This document shows, piece after piece, positions 37,159 through 50,654 of a DNA stretch of 64,000 bases; within the stretch, counting starts at the first letter, position 1; the number at the start of each line of letters is the position of its first letter. Both the position numbers and the translations under genes were made by a program. The stretch lies in assembly GCF_004010195.1 (NCBI RefSeq), contig NC_057718.1, positions 36,068,501 through 36,132,500 on the forward strand, read 5' to 3'. The stretch comes from Chiloscyllium plagiosum (Eukaryota). The notes beneath the pieces are model-generated. The model saw only the letters and a program-made list of their open reading frames with translations, made no database searches and was not told the DNA's origin.

Positions 37159-39739
37159 CATTATGGGGCATCATGCTCTTAAGTGATTTAAAAGCATTTT
37201 ATGAAGTAGTAATTTAAATATGATACAGAACAGCTAAGTAGACAGAAAAGACACATTACCTGTTTTTTCTGTCAGTGAGAAGGGTTTACCAGGACTAAAG
37301 GATGATTGAATGAGAGTACAGTGAATGATGATCTGCATAGTTGGTAGTCCCTTCAGCTTTCAGTCTTCTCGCACTAACCAAAGTTTTTCTGTCAACTCTC
37401 TATTGTTTTACTTTATCCAACAAAGACTCATAACTCTCTCCCTACTCCCTGTTTATATATCTTATTTCCACAGGCTGGTGATCTCTGATTAAATCCCATT
37501 TATCTAACCACTGCAGTTCTCTGGGGAAATCCCTCCGGCTGCCCATCACTGCTCCTGAAGTTATTATGTCAATTTTTGCTGAAACATTCCATTTAGTTTT
37601 TTACACAGTTGGTTTACAAATGGGTCACAAAATGCAAACATTTCAAATGTTGAAACTTCTTGTATCACAGGCTGTGATAAAATCATGTCTTTGTCAGTGA
37701 GAACAAGTCTACAATGTTCTTTGTTGATCAGGTTGCTATAGAACTCGACTTTATTTTTTAAAAAAGGGAGAGAGAAAGATGTTTCAGTAACATTCATCAC
37801 ATTTCTGAAGATTTTATATGAATGCTGCACAAGCATCTCAAAAATCAAGAAAAATAAAATCAATCCAGCTTTGAAAATCTAGACATGGATCTGGACCAGT
37901 GAACCCCAAAAATTAAACCCCTTCGAGCTCTTGAGGTCATCCTACTTATGAATTGACTTGTTCTCATAGAAATTTGTGGAAAATGAATCAATGACTCTCA
38001 TCAATTTTTTTTTCCCAAATGACCTTGTCAGCTGCATGTTTAGTGGCAATTATTTCAGGGCACTGAGAATATTTGATTTCAAGCCGGGTAAAGGACCCAT
38101 AGAGATGAAGCCATTGACTTCACTGGAGGATAAAAATTGATCATGAATGTGGCAGTCAATGAATGCGAAGTTGGAAAGCTCTCAAAAGAATGGTTACCTT
38201 GGAAACCCACTGAATAGGATGTCCTTGGAAAGAGAGCAGCACACCTAACTAGCTTAGTAAAAGTAATTTCAAAGCAAAGCTTAATGAAATAATTTAAATT
38301 ACACTGAAGTTCCGAATAAATGATTTTGTTGCAGTGGTGATACGTTAAGATGGAAAATTCAAGAATGAATAGGCTTTTTGGGCATGAAAAATTAAGCTAA
38401 GGGATTCTGGATGGGATCAGAAAGTGGAACAAAGGCAGCAGGTCAACAGACATACACCCACTTCTATTTCCTTTGCTATGAATAGAATTATCAGAACTCA
38501 TGCAGGTTGAATAATTCTGTTTGCAAATACTTTAACATTTTAATTTTGGCTAATCGGATTGATTTACAGTTTCTGTGTATTCTTTGTAACACTCATTAAT
38601 TAAAAGTATATTATTAAATCAGTAATTTTGGTGTTAGAGAAATCTCATTGGAATGCATAAATTCCAATTTCTGGATCATATAACACAGTGAGTTTCTATA
38701 CTTCAAGTAGGGGTCCTGTCCATTTTTAAGTGATATAAGTCACTGTGGTAAAGCAGTCCATTGTGGAAAGAAAAGAAAATTATTGATAATTCTCTATTTT
38801 TTCCCATGACGCTGCGTATGCCTTTTATCAGTCGCGATTGATTGATATCAGTAGCAGCTGTAATGTTCAGAGACCAAGAAGATCAAGTGACCTTCACATG
38901 CCCTGTATAAATATGACTCTGAAACTTTCGGCTGCAACATACTCAAAAATAATGCATAACTCTCCTTCTAAATCTCCGTCTTATACTAACTCGCTTTCTC
39001 TCTCTTTTTCTCTCCCTCTCTCTCCCTCTCATTTAGGTCTTAAGTTCTCATTTCTCATTTTCATTCTCCTCTTAGTCCTGTCTCACTCAATCATTTGCAA
39101 TCTAATCTATTCTAACTTTCGTGGTTTTTTTTTGCTCTTCACTGTCTCAGCCATGTTTGCCCAGATCTCTCCCGGATTTGGCTGATTGCTATGGAGGTTA
39201 AAGAAGTACTACTGGAGCTGAAGGAGGGCACCTTGTCTCAACTGACAGTGGGAACTGGGGAGGCATATATCTATAAGTCATCCAATTAAGGATGGCATCC
39301 TGCTCGCAAGTGTTGCTGGCCAACTAGAGGCCATTGCTGAGAGGGCAGATGCAAAAGAGAGTGTGCCTGAATGACTGAGGCTCCCTCAAAAACGAGTAAG
39401 TGGGCGTGGGGTTTCTGGGATGAGGAAAACAGGCTCAGGCATTCAGTGGAAGAGGTTGCTGAGTGCTACACCAACTAAGATGGCGGAGGGGGGGGAAACC
39501 ATTGTGAATGAAGGAAAGCCCCTTAAGAAAATCCCGCACCCCTTCACCAGACTCCATTGGGAAGCTGTTGTTTCTCTCAGTTTTCTCCCTGCACAACAGA
39601 CTTCTTGACATGGATAAAATGGCCACAGATACAGGAAGTGCCCCTTCAGGCAGATTTTAAAAAGACTCAGGTTCCAAATGGTTAAGCATCCTGACCCGTA
39701 CATTCTGAACTATGGACTTTCATATTCTGTCCAATCTAC

Positions 39740-40222
39740 TGACCTGGAACTTCTGTTTGCACAATTCAAAGTTTATTTTTTATGTTTGATACTTTAATAT
39801 TCCGAGTTAACCACTTATGTTGGATCCATCCCTCGAAGTTTTTCTTACTCTATGAAAGTTGTGTGTTCTGTGTATTCTGAAATATTCCCTTAATTGTCTG
39901 CCACTGCACCTCTGTCGACCTATCCTTTTACTTAATTTGCTGATTCGCCTTAGCTGTAGCACTTCTACTCTCAACTTCCCCTGAGGTGAAGGCCAAAATA
40001 CTATTTATCTTTCTAATTGCTTGCTGTAGCTGCATGCTAGATTTTAATGACTTGTGAACAAGGATACCCAGATTCCTTTGGATACCAGCTCTTCCCAACC
40101 TCTCACCATTTTATTAGTCATTTACAGGGTATGGGTGTCGCTGACTAGGCCTGCATTAGGTTTCTAATATTGAATAAATATTCTGCCTCTCAGCATTTTC
40201 TCCCAAAGTGGACAATTTCATT
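39740..40222 (-). mobile_element. Old CR1 RT remnants
   Basis: ctttctaattgcttgctgtagctgcatgcta...caaggatacccagattcc resembles 16430-16500. Confidence 0.55.
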
Positions 40223-40370
40223 GAATTGAATTAACTTTATTGTCACATATGACTCGATGAGTACAGTGAAAAGTTTATATATCGACACTTACAGCACCAT
40301 CTTAGGTACAAAGGTATATGGGTACAGCTTTGTGAATTACAAGATGTTAGAAAATAGAGAAATAAAAAGT

Positions 40371-40482
40371 GCTGAAGAAGGGTTATGCCTGAAATGTTGA
40401 CTCTCTTGCTGCTTGGATGCTGCCTGACCAGCTGTACTTTTTCAACTCTGACTCTCCAGCATTTGCAATCCTCACTTTCTCC
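40371..40482 (+). mobile_element. Solo PLE terminus, family A
   Basis: gCTGAAGAagggttatgcctGAAAtgttgac...ctcactttctcc; aaataaaa on both flanks. Confidence 0.8.
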
Positions 40483-40705
40483 TAAATAAAATATCCAGTA
40501 ATGCATAAATAAATAAAAGTTCATAACAACGGCCTTCCAACCCAGACCAGTGTCCAGTCTGTATGGGATCTTGGCTCCAGACCACACAAGGCTTCACCTT
40601 CAGGTTCATGAGGCTGGGAGATTGCACTGGAACAGCCTCAAGATCAAGAGACCATGCTAAGGCCATGCCAGGTTGAGAGAGAACCACCTACATCTGGAAG
40701 ACTGC

Positions 40706-40773
40706 CATGCTGGGCCGAGATGACGTCATGCTGGGCCGAGATGATGTCATAATGGGCCGAGATGATGACATGC
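40706..40773. repeat. 21-bp tandem repeat, ~3.2 copies (catgctgggccgagatgaYgt)
   Basis: Units start at 40706, 40727 and 40748. Confidence 0.9.
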
Positions 40774-40807
40774 CAAGGGGCTGCCATACCATGCCAAGAG
40801 GCTGCAA

Positions 40808-41020
40808 CGAGTGTCCAAAAAGTGTGGTGCTGGGAAAGCACGGCACTATCTGAGGAACAGGAGAGTTGGTGTTTCAGGCATAAGCCCTTCTTCCGGCTGA
40901 AGGGCTTATACCCAAAACATCGACTCGCCTGCTCCGATGGTGCTGCCTGACGTACTGTGCTTTTCCAGCACCACACTTCTCAACTCTGACTCTTCAGCAT
41001 CTGCAGTCCTCAGTTTCTCC
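40808..41020. mobile_element. Palindromic PLE-terminus insertion, family A
   Basis: agtgtggtgctgggaaagcac...cataagcccttc / gaagggcttatacccaaaacatcgac...gcttttccagcaccacact. Confidence 0.8.
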
Positions 41021-41861
41021 TTCTCTGCAATGGGGGTCTACCATGCCAAGCCCTAGGAGCTACCACAGGGCCCGCTACAACAGCCGAGAGGACCCCTGGT
41101 CGTGTCTGCACTGAGGCTGGGTATCGACTGGAACCCAGGAGTCGACCAGAAGCAGGTAGAGAAGAAGAAATAATGAACACAAAGAGAAGAAAAAGAACAG
41201 GTGGCATGGACAAACTCCGGCTGAAGTGTCCTACTGTGCCGCTATCTAGGACTGGAAATTTAACAAACTTCACACTGCCCTGTCCAAGCCCATTCAATTA
41301 GCCTGTCCAAGTCCCCTTCAAGTCTCCTTCAGCCTCCTCAGAACTTATGCTGTCTCTTAATTTTGTGTCATTTGTGAGTCTTAATAAGAAGAGGCTCTTG
41401 CCCCAAATAAAATGTAGCTTATTGCATAGTAATGATCAGGTACATTAGGAAGTTAGACACTGCTATTAAGGCTATTGGGAGATATTTGGATATAAGTCTT
41501 CCCCCTTACAAGATCCTAAGATAAACTGCCTTTCCCCAACCAACTCCTTAAAACATCAGAATATGGGGTAGAGCATAATGGAGCCTTCAACATTAACCTC
41601 TTCAAAATCATTACTGTATATAACATTTACAGGCTCCAAATGTCAAAACAAGGCAGTATTTACACTCATCTAAAACTAACATCAGGAATTTCCCTATTAG
41701 TGTGATGTGAAGGGGCAATGTTTAACTTGAGCAGTGATCAGTGCGAACAAGCAGTGTAGACCTGTGCCATCATTTGCACCGTTCACACAGGCAGCACAAT
41801 TCCAAATCTTGACCTTGCTCTCACCTCCCTGTAGCTGGACAAAGTACTGCAGTTGGTATGA

Positions 41862-41960
41862 AAAGCTGAAAATGTGTTGCTGGAAAAGCGCAGCAGGTCA
41901 GGTAGCATCCAATGAGCAGGAGAATTGACGTTTCGGGCATGAGCCCTTCTTCAGGAATGC
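41862..41960 (-). mobile_element. Solo PLE terminus, family A, intact hammerhead core
   Basis: Minus strand: attcCTGAAGAagggctcatgcccGAAACGTCaattc. Confidence 0.85.
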
Positions 41961-43220
41961 AAACCATGCAGTCAATCAACAAAGAATGAGCTTATCTGAA
42001 CAAAGTTTCACATTAACCATGTGCTTTGAATATGGTTTTCAAAAAACATTAAAACAGGGGTCATTTTCCTTGACCTCATTGCAGTGAATGATAAAGTCTG
42101 GCACATTAACTGATTTTATCAGAATATCAAAACTCACTCCTCCCTGTGTGTATACTATTTCTAAACTGTTCCTACAGGACAGTAGGTTCAAGGTGCACAT
42201 GGGTGACAACACCTATGCTTTAAGGGAACAGCCTACCCCAGAGCTTTAGCCCCAGAGAGTTAAAAACAGATCACTTACAGATCACAATAGGAATCACTGC
42301 TGCAGTGAGCAGAAACCACAACGCACAGCCAAAGTAGTGGGACCCTGGGCCATTATAAGCACGGGGAATGTTGCAAAGGAAAATTAAGGCAATGAAGGGA
42401 CAATTTAACAAGTAAAGCAGACAAAATCTAACAGAAGAAAACAGAAGCTTCTTGAGCCCACAATAAGAGTGTGATATTGATAATTTATACTACGGTTCTG
42501 GTATTTAATCAAGCTTGAGTACAAGGCTTTATTTGGAATGTCTTGGAAAATGCCATGCATTATGTAGTAGCCTGTGAAAGGGAGAAGCCTATGTTTTGGC
42601 ATGCTGATGGAAAACATTTATTTTGACTTCAGAAATGTGGGAAATCCCAGAAAGAGGTATGGATTTACAGAATTACCAATTAAAATAATTAAAAGGATTG
42701 CTATATTGCACTGTTTAACACATAGGAAATAAAACAACATTGCTACTTACAGAAGTAAAGGAAGGAAGATGCAGCAGCATTGAGATACTGGTGAATTGAA
42801 AAGCTTTAAAGTAAGAAGAATTAATACCTCCACACAAGCTGTGGCAGGAGAAAGTTTTCATTAAAGTACACAAAATTCCACCGTCATCTTATATACCCAG
42901 GTTGACAGAAAGCATGGATACTGTTTCAGTATTTAACAAGGATGACTATTTATAATAAAGAGATTCTACATATAGATAAAACAATTATGAATTGTTGACA
43001 TATATTTCTACGTTAAAACTCCAACCCCCATACGCAGTTCCCCTCTACACATACATATAGATCTAAGAAAATGAATGTATGGATGAAGGGGAAACCTGGG
43101 AAGGCAGCTCATTGTCCTTGCCCATAGTGTTCACAGAGATGATCCATTAGGCTTGTCAGTACTGCTTCTCCTCAATCTTCCTTCTTCCTACTTTCACTTG
43201 CTTGAAGGAGATGTAGTGTG

Positions 43221-43324
43221 AAACAAAAATAGAAATTGCCCTAAAAGCTCAGCAGGTCTGGCCATATCTGTGGAGAGAAGTCAGAGTTAACTTGTCAGGT
43301 TCAGTGACCCTTCCTCAGAACTGA
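43221..43324 (-). mobile_element. Solo PLE terminus, family C
   Basis: Minus strand: agttCTGAGGAagggtcactgaacctGACAagttaact (core mutated). Confidence 0.7.
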
Positions 43325-44186
43325 TGGTTTTGGAAAGCATTGGGTTTTAATATATAAGATAGGATTAGGAGTGGATGTCTATCCAAGTTGGTTGGGGTCA
43401 GTCCTGAAGTCAGCTCAATGAGAGTCAGAGGAGGTTATGGTTGGAACTGGGAATTCTGGGAACTGCAAACAGCATGCTGGAATACAGAAGGGACAATAAT
43501 TGTGAAAAGTGGGCAGCACAACATGTAAGAAAGGAAGATAATGCTGCATTGGGGGATAGGGGGTTACTGCAATTACAATCACCTTGTCTTCAGCAGAGGG
43601 ACAGAGCAGCATGATGGATGGCAGTGGCTAGGACTGGTGCTGAGTGGGTAATGTTTGTAGATGAGATTGGAATTCAAAGTAGTTTAAAAGAATGTGTGGA
43701 AGCTGATGGACACTCCAGGGAGTGCAAGGAAGAAAGGAATCTATCGATTCATGGGGGGGGACCCTTAATATCTAGGCTGAGCCTGTGACTTGCTGTGTCA
43801 AGTGAGACCTGCATTGCCTTTCATACTCATGTGATTTGTAAATGCACATTGGAACTGGAAAGTGGCTGTGACCACCACACGCAGTGGATGGAATCAGTTT
43901 TTATTGATCCGTCTGAGCTCACAAACTCTATTTGTAAGTGATGTGTGGCCCTTTCAGGGGTAACTGGATTCAACAGGTACTTACACAGACTGAAGCCATC
44001 TGTAACCATAATCCCCTGAGTGCAAAAGCACATAGTGTCCAACAGTGTGGAATACAGATCCTGCCACAAGCAATCTTGACCGAGCCATTGCTCATTTCAG
44101 AGTGATTGGAGCTACCTCTGTGAAATAAAAGTAATCACAGGTGACCTTAAAAATCTCCCCGGTTGGTCACAATTCACAAAGATAAT

Positions 44187-44290
44187 GATGAGGAGGTCCT
44201 GGTGTTGGACAGGGGTGGATAAAGTTAAAAGAAATTACACAACACCAAGCTATAAGACCAACTATAACCTGGTGTTGTGTGATTTTTAAC
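44187..44290. mobile_element. Palindromic PLE-terminus insertion, family B, 14-bp TSD
   Basis: aagttaaaa..acacaacaccaagctata / tataacctggtgttgtgtgatttttaactt; ttcacaRagataat at 44173-44186 and 44291-44304. Confidence 0.75.
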
Positions 44291-44779
44291 TTCACAGAGA
44301 TAATATATAATCTCTGAGGCTGTACAAGGGGATGGAGCTGATTTCCCCCCACCTCAAACTGTCAATATTTGTGAACACATTCTTCCATACAATCCCGCCT
44401 TTCTTGGCTGATGTGGGAGGAACAAGGTATCTGGAGTCAGACAGCACGTATGACCTCCTGCTGTATTTGTGCTGCATTCACAAAATAAGTTTTGCTATGT
44501 CAGAGTATCATGTTGAAGCATTTCACTCCTTGTCAGAGTGCTTAATCTCCCACTGTATGGAGAACTATGCTCAATCATCATTTGTGTAAGACGTAAATAC
44601 TGACTGAACCCGATCTGTTTCTGATATTCCTCACAAAGGGCCATTGCACTTGTAACCAGTGGATCGAGCCACAGCAGAGGTACGGCTGCTGTTGCTGTGA
44701 TGTAATGGAGGCATGGAAGGAAGGAGGAATGGACGAGTCAACACGCCCAGGACCAGCAACAGTCCTGAGGTGCACAGAT

Positions 44780-45027
44780 CTCAGCCGAAGGTCTTCTCAG
44801 GATGTGCAGGAGAAACAAGAGATCCAGAGCGTATCTATGATGCCATTTCCCCCATATAATGAAGGAGCAGTATCATCACAGACTGAGCATGTCCTAAGAT
44901 ACTACCTTTGAACAATACCAACTGCAGGAGGAGGCCCACAGGCTTGAAGGGGTTGGTGGCTTTTCTGTTCCAGTGGCAATCAAGATGACAGCTGCAGCAA
45001 CCTTTATGCAACTAACTCCTTTCCAGG
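44780..45027 (+). pseudogene. Harbinger transposase N-terminal remnant
   Basis: MKEQYHHRLSMS followed by VPVAIKMTAA..YATNSFQ across a frameshift, matching the HARBI1-like LPVAVKVT.ALNFYA.GSFQ motif. Confidence 0.6.
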
Positions 45028-45029
45028 AA

Positions 45030-45470
45030 TCTCTCATTATTAATAAACCGGGGTTACCACTGACCAGAAACCTAACTGGACCAGCCATATTAATGCTGCA
45101 GCTACAATAGCAGTTGAGATGTTTTGAATTCTCTGCTGAATACACACTTCGTAATTCTTCAAAGCTTGTCCACTGGGCACAAGACAGGAGTGTGATGGAA
45201 TCTTGTCCACTTCCCTGGATGAGTATAGCTACAACACTAAAACAACTCAATACAATCCAGGACAGAGCAAACAATTTGATTGGCATGTCATCCACCATCT
45301 TGAACATTTGCTCACCCCACCGCAGATGCATAGTGGCAACAATGCGTACCATCCACAAATTGGCATGCCTCCTTTCAAAGCACCTACCATGATCACTGCC
45401 ACTTAAAGGAACTAGAGCAGAAGATGCAAGGGAACATCACTTACCTTTCAAGCTCCATGACTTAATACCA
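45030..45470 (+). mobile_element. Second-family LINE 3' fragment
   Basis: ORF 45114-45392 RSVMESCPLPWMSIATTLKQLNTIQDRA is homologous to ORF 19199-19543. Confidence 0.75.
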
Positions 45471-45480
45471 CTATGACTTA

Positions 45481-48400
45481 ATCATAGAGTCATAGAGACG
45501 TACAGAATGGAAACAGACCCTTCAGTCCAACCCGTCCATGCCGACCAGATATCCCAACCCAATCTAGTCTCACCTGCCAGCACCCGGCCCATATCCCTCT
45601 AAACCCTTCCTATCCATATACCCATCCAAATGCCTTTTAAATGTTGCAATTGTACTAGCCTCCACCACTTCCTCTGGCAGCTCATTCCATACACGTACCA
45701 CCCTTTGAGTGACAAAGTTGCCTCTTAAGTCTCTTTTATATCTTTCCCCTCTCACTCTAAACCTATGCTCTCTAGTTCTGGACTACCCGACCCCAGGGAA
45801 AAGACTTTGCCTATTTATCATGCCTGTCATGATTTTGTAAACCTCTATAAGATCACCCCTCAACCTCCATCACTCCAGAGAAAACAGCCCAAGCCTATTC
45901 GGCCTCTCCCTATAGCTCAAATTCTCCAATCCTGGCAACATCCTTGTAAATCTTTTCTGAATCCTTTCAAGTTTCACAACATCTTTGGGCAGCACAGTGG
46001 CACAGTGGTTAGCACTGCTGCCTCACAGCACCAGAGACCCGGGTTCAATTCCCGCCTCAGGCGACTGACTGTGTGGAGTTTGCACGTTCTCCCCGTGTCC
46101 GCGTGGGTTTCCTCCGGGTACTCTGGTTTCCTCCCACAGTCCAAAGATGTGCAGGTCAGGTGAATTGGCCATGCTAAATTGCCCGTAGTGTTAGGTAAGG
46201 GGTAAATGTAGGGGTATGGGTGGGTTGCGCTTCGGTGGGTCGATGTGGATTTGTTGGGCTGAAGGGCCTGTTTCCACACTCTAATGTAATGTAATGTAAT
46301 CTTTCCGATAGGAAGGAGACTAGAATTGCACACAATATTCCAACAGTGGCTGAACCAATGTCCTGTACAGCTGCAGCATGACCTCCCAACTCCTGTACTC
46401 AATACTCTGACCAATAAAATAAAGCATACCAAATGCCTTCTTCACTATCCTATCTACCTGCGACTCCACTTTCAAGGAGCTATGAACCAAGGTCTCTTTG
46501 TTCAGCAACACTCCCTAGGATCTTACCATTGAGTGTATAAGTCCTGTTAAGATTTGCTTTCCAAAACGCAGCACCTCACATTTATCTGAATTAAACTCCA
46601 TCTGCCACTTCTCAGCCCATTGGCCCATCTGGTCCAGATCCTGTTGTAATCTGAGGTAACTCTCTTCACTGGCCATTACACCTCCAATTTTGGTGTCATC
46701 TGCAAACTTACTAACTGTGCCTCTTATGCTCACATCCAAATCATTTATATAAATGACAAAAAGTAGTGGACCCAGCATCAATCCTTGTGGCACTCCACTG
46801 GTCACAGGCCTCCAGTCTGAAAAACAAACCTCTACCACCACCCTCTGTTTTCTACCTTTGAGCCAGTTCTGTATCCAAATGGCTAGTTCTTCCTATATTC
46901 CATGAGATCTAACCTTGCTCATCAGTCTCCCATGGGAAACCTTGTTAAAAGCCTTACTGAAGTCTATATAGATCACATCTACGACTCTGCCCTCATCAAT
47001 CCTCTTTGTTACTTCTTCAAAAAACTCAATCAAGTTTGTGAGACATGATTTCCCATGCACAAAGCCATGTTGACTATCCCTAATCAGTCCTTGCCTTTCC
47101 AAATACATGTACATCCTGTCCCTCAGGATTCCCTCAAACAACTTGTCCATCATCGACATCATGTTCACTGGTCTATAATTCCCTGGCTCTTCCTTACCAC
47201 CCTTCTTAAACAGTGGCACCACATTAGCCAACCTCCAGTCTGCCGGCACCTCACCTATGGCTATCAATGATACAAATATCTCAGCAAGAGGCCCAGTAAT
47301 CATGTCTCTAGCTTCCCACAGAGTTCTAGGATACACCTGATCAGGTCCTGGGGATTTATCCACCTTTATGCATTTCAAGGTATCTAGCAGTTCCTCCTCT
47401 GTAATTTGGACATTTTGCAAGGTGCCACTATCTATTTCCCTACAGTCTATATCTTCCATATCCTTTTCCACAGTAAATACTGAGGCAAGATACTCATTTA
47501 GTATCTCCCCATTTTCTGCGGCTCCACACAAAGGCCGCCTAGCTGATCTTTGAGGGGCCCTATTCTCTCCCTAGTTACCCTTTTGTCCTTAATATATTTG
47601 TAAAAACCCTTTGGATTCTCTTTAATTCTATTTGCCAAAGCTATCTCATGAGCCCATTTTGCCCTCCTGATTTCCCTCTTATGTATACTCCTATTGCCTT
47701 TATACTCTTCTAAGGATTCACTCGATCTATCCTGTCTATACCTTACACTTGCTTCCTTCTTTTCTTAACCAAACCCTCAATTTCTTTAGTCATCCAGCAT
47801 TCCCTATACCTACCAGCCTTTCCTTTCACTCTAAAAGGAATATAATTTCTATGGATTCTCGTTACCTCATTCTTGAAGGCTCCCCATTTTCCAGCCGTCC
47901 CTTTACCTGTGAACATCCGCCCCCAATCAGCTTTTGAAAGTTCTTGCCTAATACTGTCAAAATTAGTCTTTCTCCAATTTAGAACTTCAACTTTTAGATC
48001 AGGTCTATCCTTTTCCATGACTATTTTAAAACTAATAGAATTATGGTAATTGGCCCCAAAGTGTTCCCCCACTGACAGCTCAGTCACCTGCCATGCCTTA
48101 TTTCCCAAGAGTAGGTCAAGTTTTGCACTTTCTCTAGTAGGTACATCCACATACTGAATCAGAATTTTTTCTTGTACACACTTAACAGATTCCTCGCCAT
48201 CTAAACCCTTAAAACTATGGCAGTCCCAGTCTATGTTTGGAAAGTTAAAATCCCCTACCATAACCACCCTATTATTCTTACAGATAGCTGGGATCTCTTT
48301 ACAAGTTTGTTTCTCAATTTCCCTCTGACTATTAGGGGGTCTATAATACAATCCCAATAAGGTGATCATCCCTTTCTTATTTCTCAGTTCCACCCAAATA

Positions 48401-49290
48401 ACTTTTCTGGATGTATTTCTGGGAATATCCTCCCTCCGCACAGCTGTAATGCTATCCCTTATCAAAAATGCCACTCCCCCTCCTCTCTTGCCTCCCTTTC
48501 TATCCTTCCTGTAGCATTTGTATCCTGGAACATTAAGCTGCCAGTCCTGCCCATCCCTGAGCCACGTTTCTGTAATTGCTATGATATCCCAGTCCCATGT
48601 TCCTAATCATGCCCTGAGTTCATCTGCCTTCCCGGTTAGGCCTCTTGCATCAAAATAAATGCAGTTTATTAGTCCTACCTTGTCCCTGCCTACCCTGACT
48701 GTTTGACTCTTCTGTTCTCAACTGTATCAGTCTCAGATTGATCTCTTTCCTCACTATCTCTCTGGATTCCACCCTCCCCACCTTACTAGTTTAAATCCGC
48801 CCGAGCAGCTCTAGCAAATCTCCCTGCCAGTATATTAGTCCCCTTCCCATTTAGGTGCAATCCGTCCTTCTTGTACAGGTCACTTCTACCCCAAATGATA
48901 CAAAAATGTGACTCCTTCTCCCATACACCAGCTCCTCAGCCATGCATTCATCTGCTCTATCCTCCTATTCCTGCCCTCACTAGCTCGTAGCACTGGGAAT
49001 ATTCCAGAAATTACTACTCGAGGACCTCCTTTTAAAATTCCTGTCTAACTCTCTATAATCTCCCTTCAGAATCTCAACATTTTCCCTTCCTATGTCGTTG
49101 GTTCCAATGTGGATAATGACCTCTTGCTGGCCCCTCTCCCCATTGAGAACATTCTGCGCCCTCTCTGAGAATTCCTCTATCCTGGCACCAGGGAAACAAC
49201 ACACCATTCTGATTTTTCGCTGCTGGCCACAGAAACGTCTGTCTGTACCTCGGACTAGAGAATCCCCTGGCACAATTGATCTCTTGGAAC
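45481..49290 (-). mobile_element. Near full-length CR1/HER1-like LINE: ORF1 esterase, ORF2 APE endonuclease and RT (frameshifted)
   Basis: ORF 48980-49273 GDSLVRG...HIGTND (SGNH esterase); 47743-48474 YYRPPN..VGDFNFPNIDW (APE); 46893-47531 and 46515-46841 with DFSKAF, SGVPQG, FADDTK (RT); (ctatgact)n tail. Confidence 0.96.
45987..46298 (+). mobile_element. HE1-like V-SINE inserted antisense into the CR1
   Basis: Full-length SINE with (taatg)n tail; atcttt on both sides. Confidence 0.95.
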
Positions 49291-49954
49291 CTAAAATACC
49301 TCAAAAAAGGAGCAGTTGTTACAACCAGAAATTTTTCCCGTCCTCCATCTTGGATTACCCAGAATCCTCCATACTTGGAACTATATTGCACCTTCTTCAA
49401 AATCCTGAAACTCCCTTCCTTCGAACACAGTATGCATACCTGCAACACATGGTCTGCACCAACTAAAGGAGAAAACAGATTAATGTCTCTGGAAAGGCAA
49501 TGAGGGATTGGCAAAAAATTCCTGCCTTGCCAGCCATGTTCCTTTCCCATGATCTGAAATAAAGGACTGTGATGAGTTTGTTACCAGACAGAGGACTTCC
49601 TGAGATATCTTTTGAAATTCAAAGTGATATTGAAAGGATCCTGGAAGGTCTGGAATACAATAACTGAATTTTCTGCATATGGCATCACATTTGCAAAGGT
49701 TAACTCTCGCTAATGCTGTTAAAGGGTTGAAAATTTTTAAAATGAAGGACATCAATTGCAGGGAATCACCCTTTTAAATTAAAACTAATTGGGGTGGTAT
49801 CATGTTCCAGCTATGTGTGCTACAACAGGATAGATTTGTAGAAAACAATATTCATCTGAGGAGAGATCAACAAAGCTCTCTATAAAAAGGTCAGTTTCTG
49901 GTTTGGCAGTAAAAGAGAAGTTCAATTTTAGAAACCCTTGACAAAGTGATACAT

Positions 49955-50258
49955 TAGATTAGATAGATTACATACAGTGTGGAAACAGGCCCTTCGGCCC
50001 AACAAGTCCACACTGACACGCCAAAGCGTAACCCACCCATTCCCCTACATTTACCCCTTTACCTAACACTACAGGCAATTTAGTATGGCCAATTCACCTA
50101 ACCTGCACATCTTTGGACTGTGGGAGGAAACCGGAGCACCCAGAGGAAACCCCGCAGACACGGGGAGAATGTGCAAACTCCAAACAGTCAGTCGCCTGAG
50201 GATGGAATTGAACCCGGGTCTCTGGCGCTGTGCTAACCACTGTGCCACCGTGCCACCC
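49955..50258 (-). mobile_element. HE1-like V-SINE
   Basis: Full length; TSD atacat at 49949-49954 and 50259-50264. Confidence 0.95.
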
Positions 50259-50654
50259 ATACATGAATGATCTGAATGGGATTAAATCCCAAAAACAGTA
50301 TGGATAGCTCAGAAATGGACCTGGGAGTTTATATCAAAGCACCAGTCCACAAACTGTGTGCTGTTGGTTAGTCACTTGAAAAGGAACACTTGCACTGTAG
50401 TGAGCTGAGTAAGCATGGGTTCATTGGCTTGCTTCTTGTCAGTGTTAATCCCATCCAGGAAGCTTGGATGGAATATGGCTGCTGGTGATCATGATTGTGG
50501 TGGGGCAAGCAAATGTTGAAGGTAGTGGATGATACGCCAATCAAATTGTTTGCTCTGTGCTGGATTGTATTGAATTGTTTAAATGTTGTAGCCATACTCA
50601 TCCTGAATTAAATGAGTGGACAAGTGAGATCTCCTATGTATCAGAGGTTGAACC

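Larger units (their letters stand above)
40222..41250 (-). mobile_element. Unclassified interspersed repeat with (aattc)n tail, hosting two PLE-terminus insertions and a 21-bp minisatellite
   Basis: ttgaattgaattaactttattgtcaca...gtacagtgaaaag retroposon-type tail; GC-rich body. Confidence 0.45.

Noticed and set aside
40706..40773. CRISPR-like array
   Set aside because: Head-to-tail tandem repeat with no unique spacers, in eukaryotic DNA with no cas genes.
46515..48474. Long RT and endonuclease ORFs as a functional gene or novel RT system
   Set aside because: They are frameshifted pieces of an ordinary CR1 LINE ORF2, with a SINE inserted.
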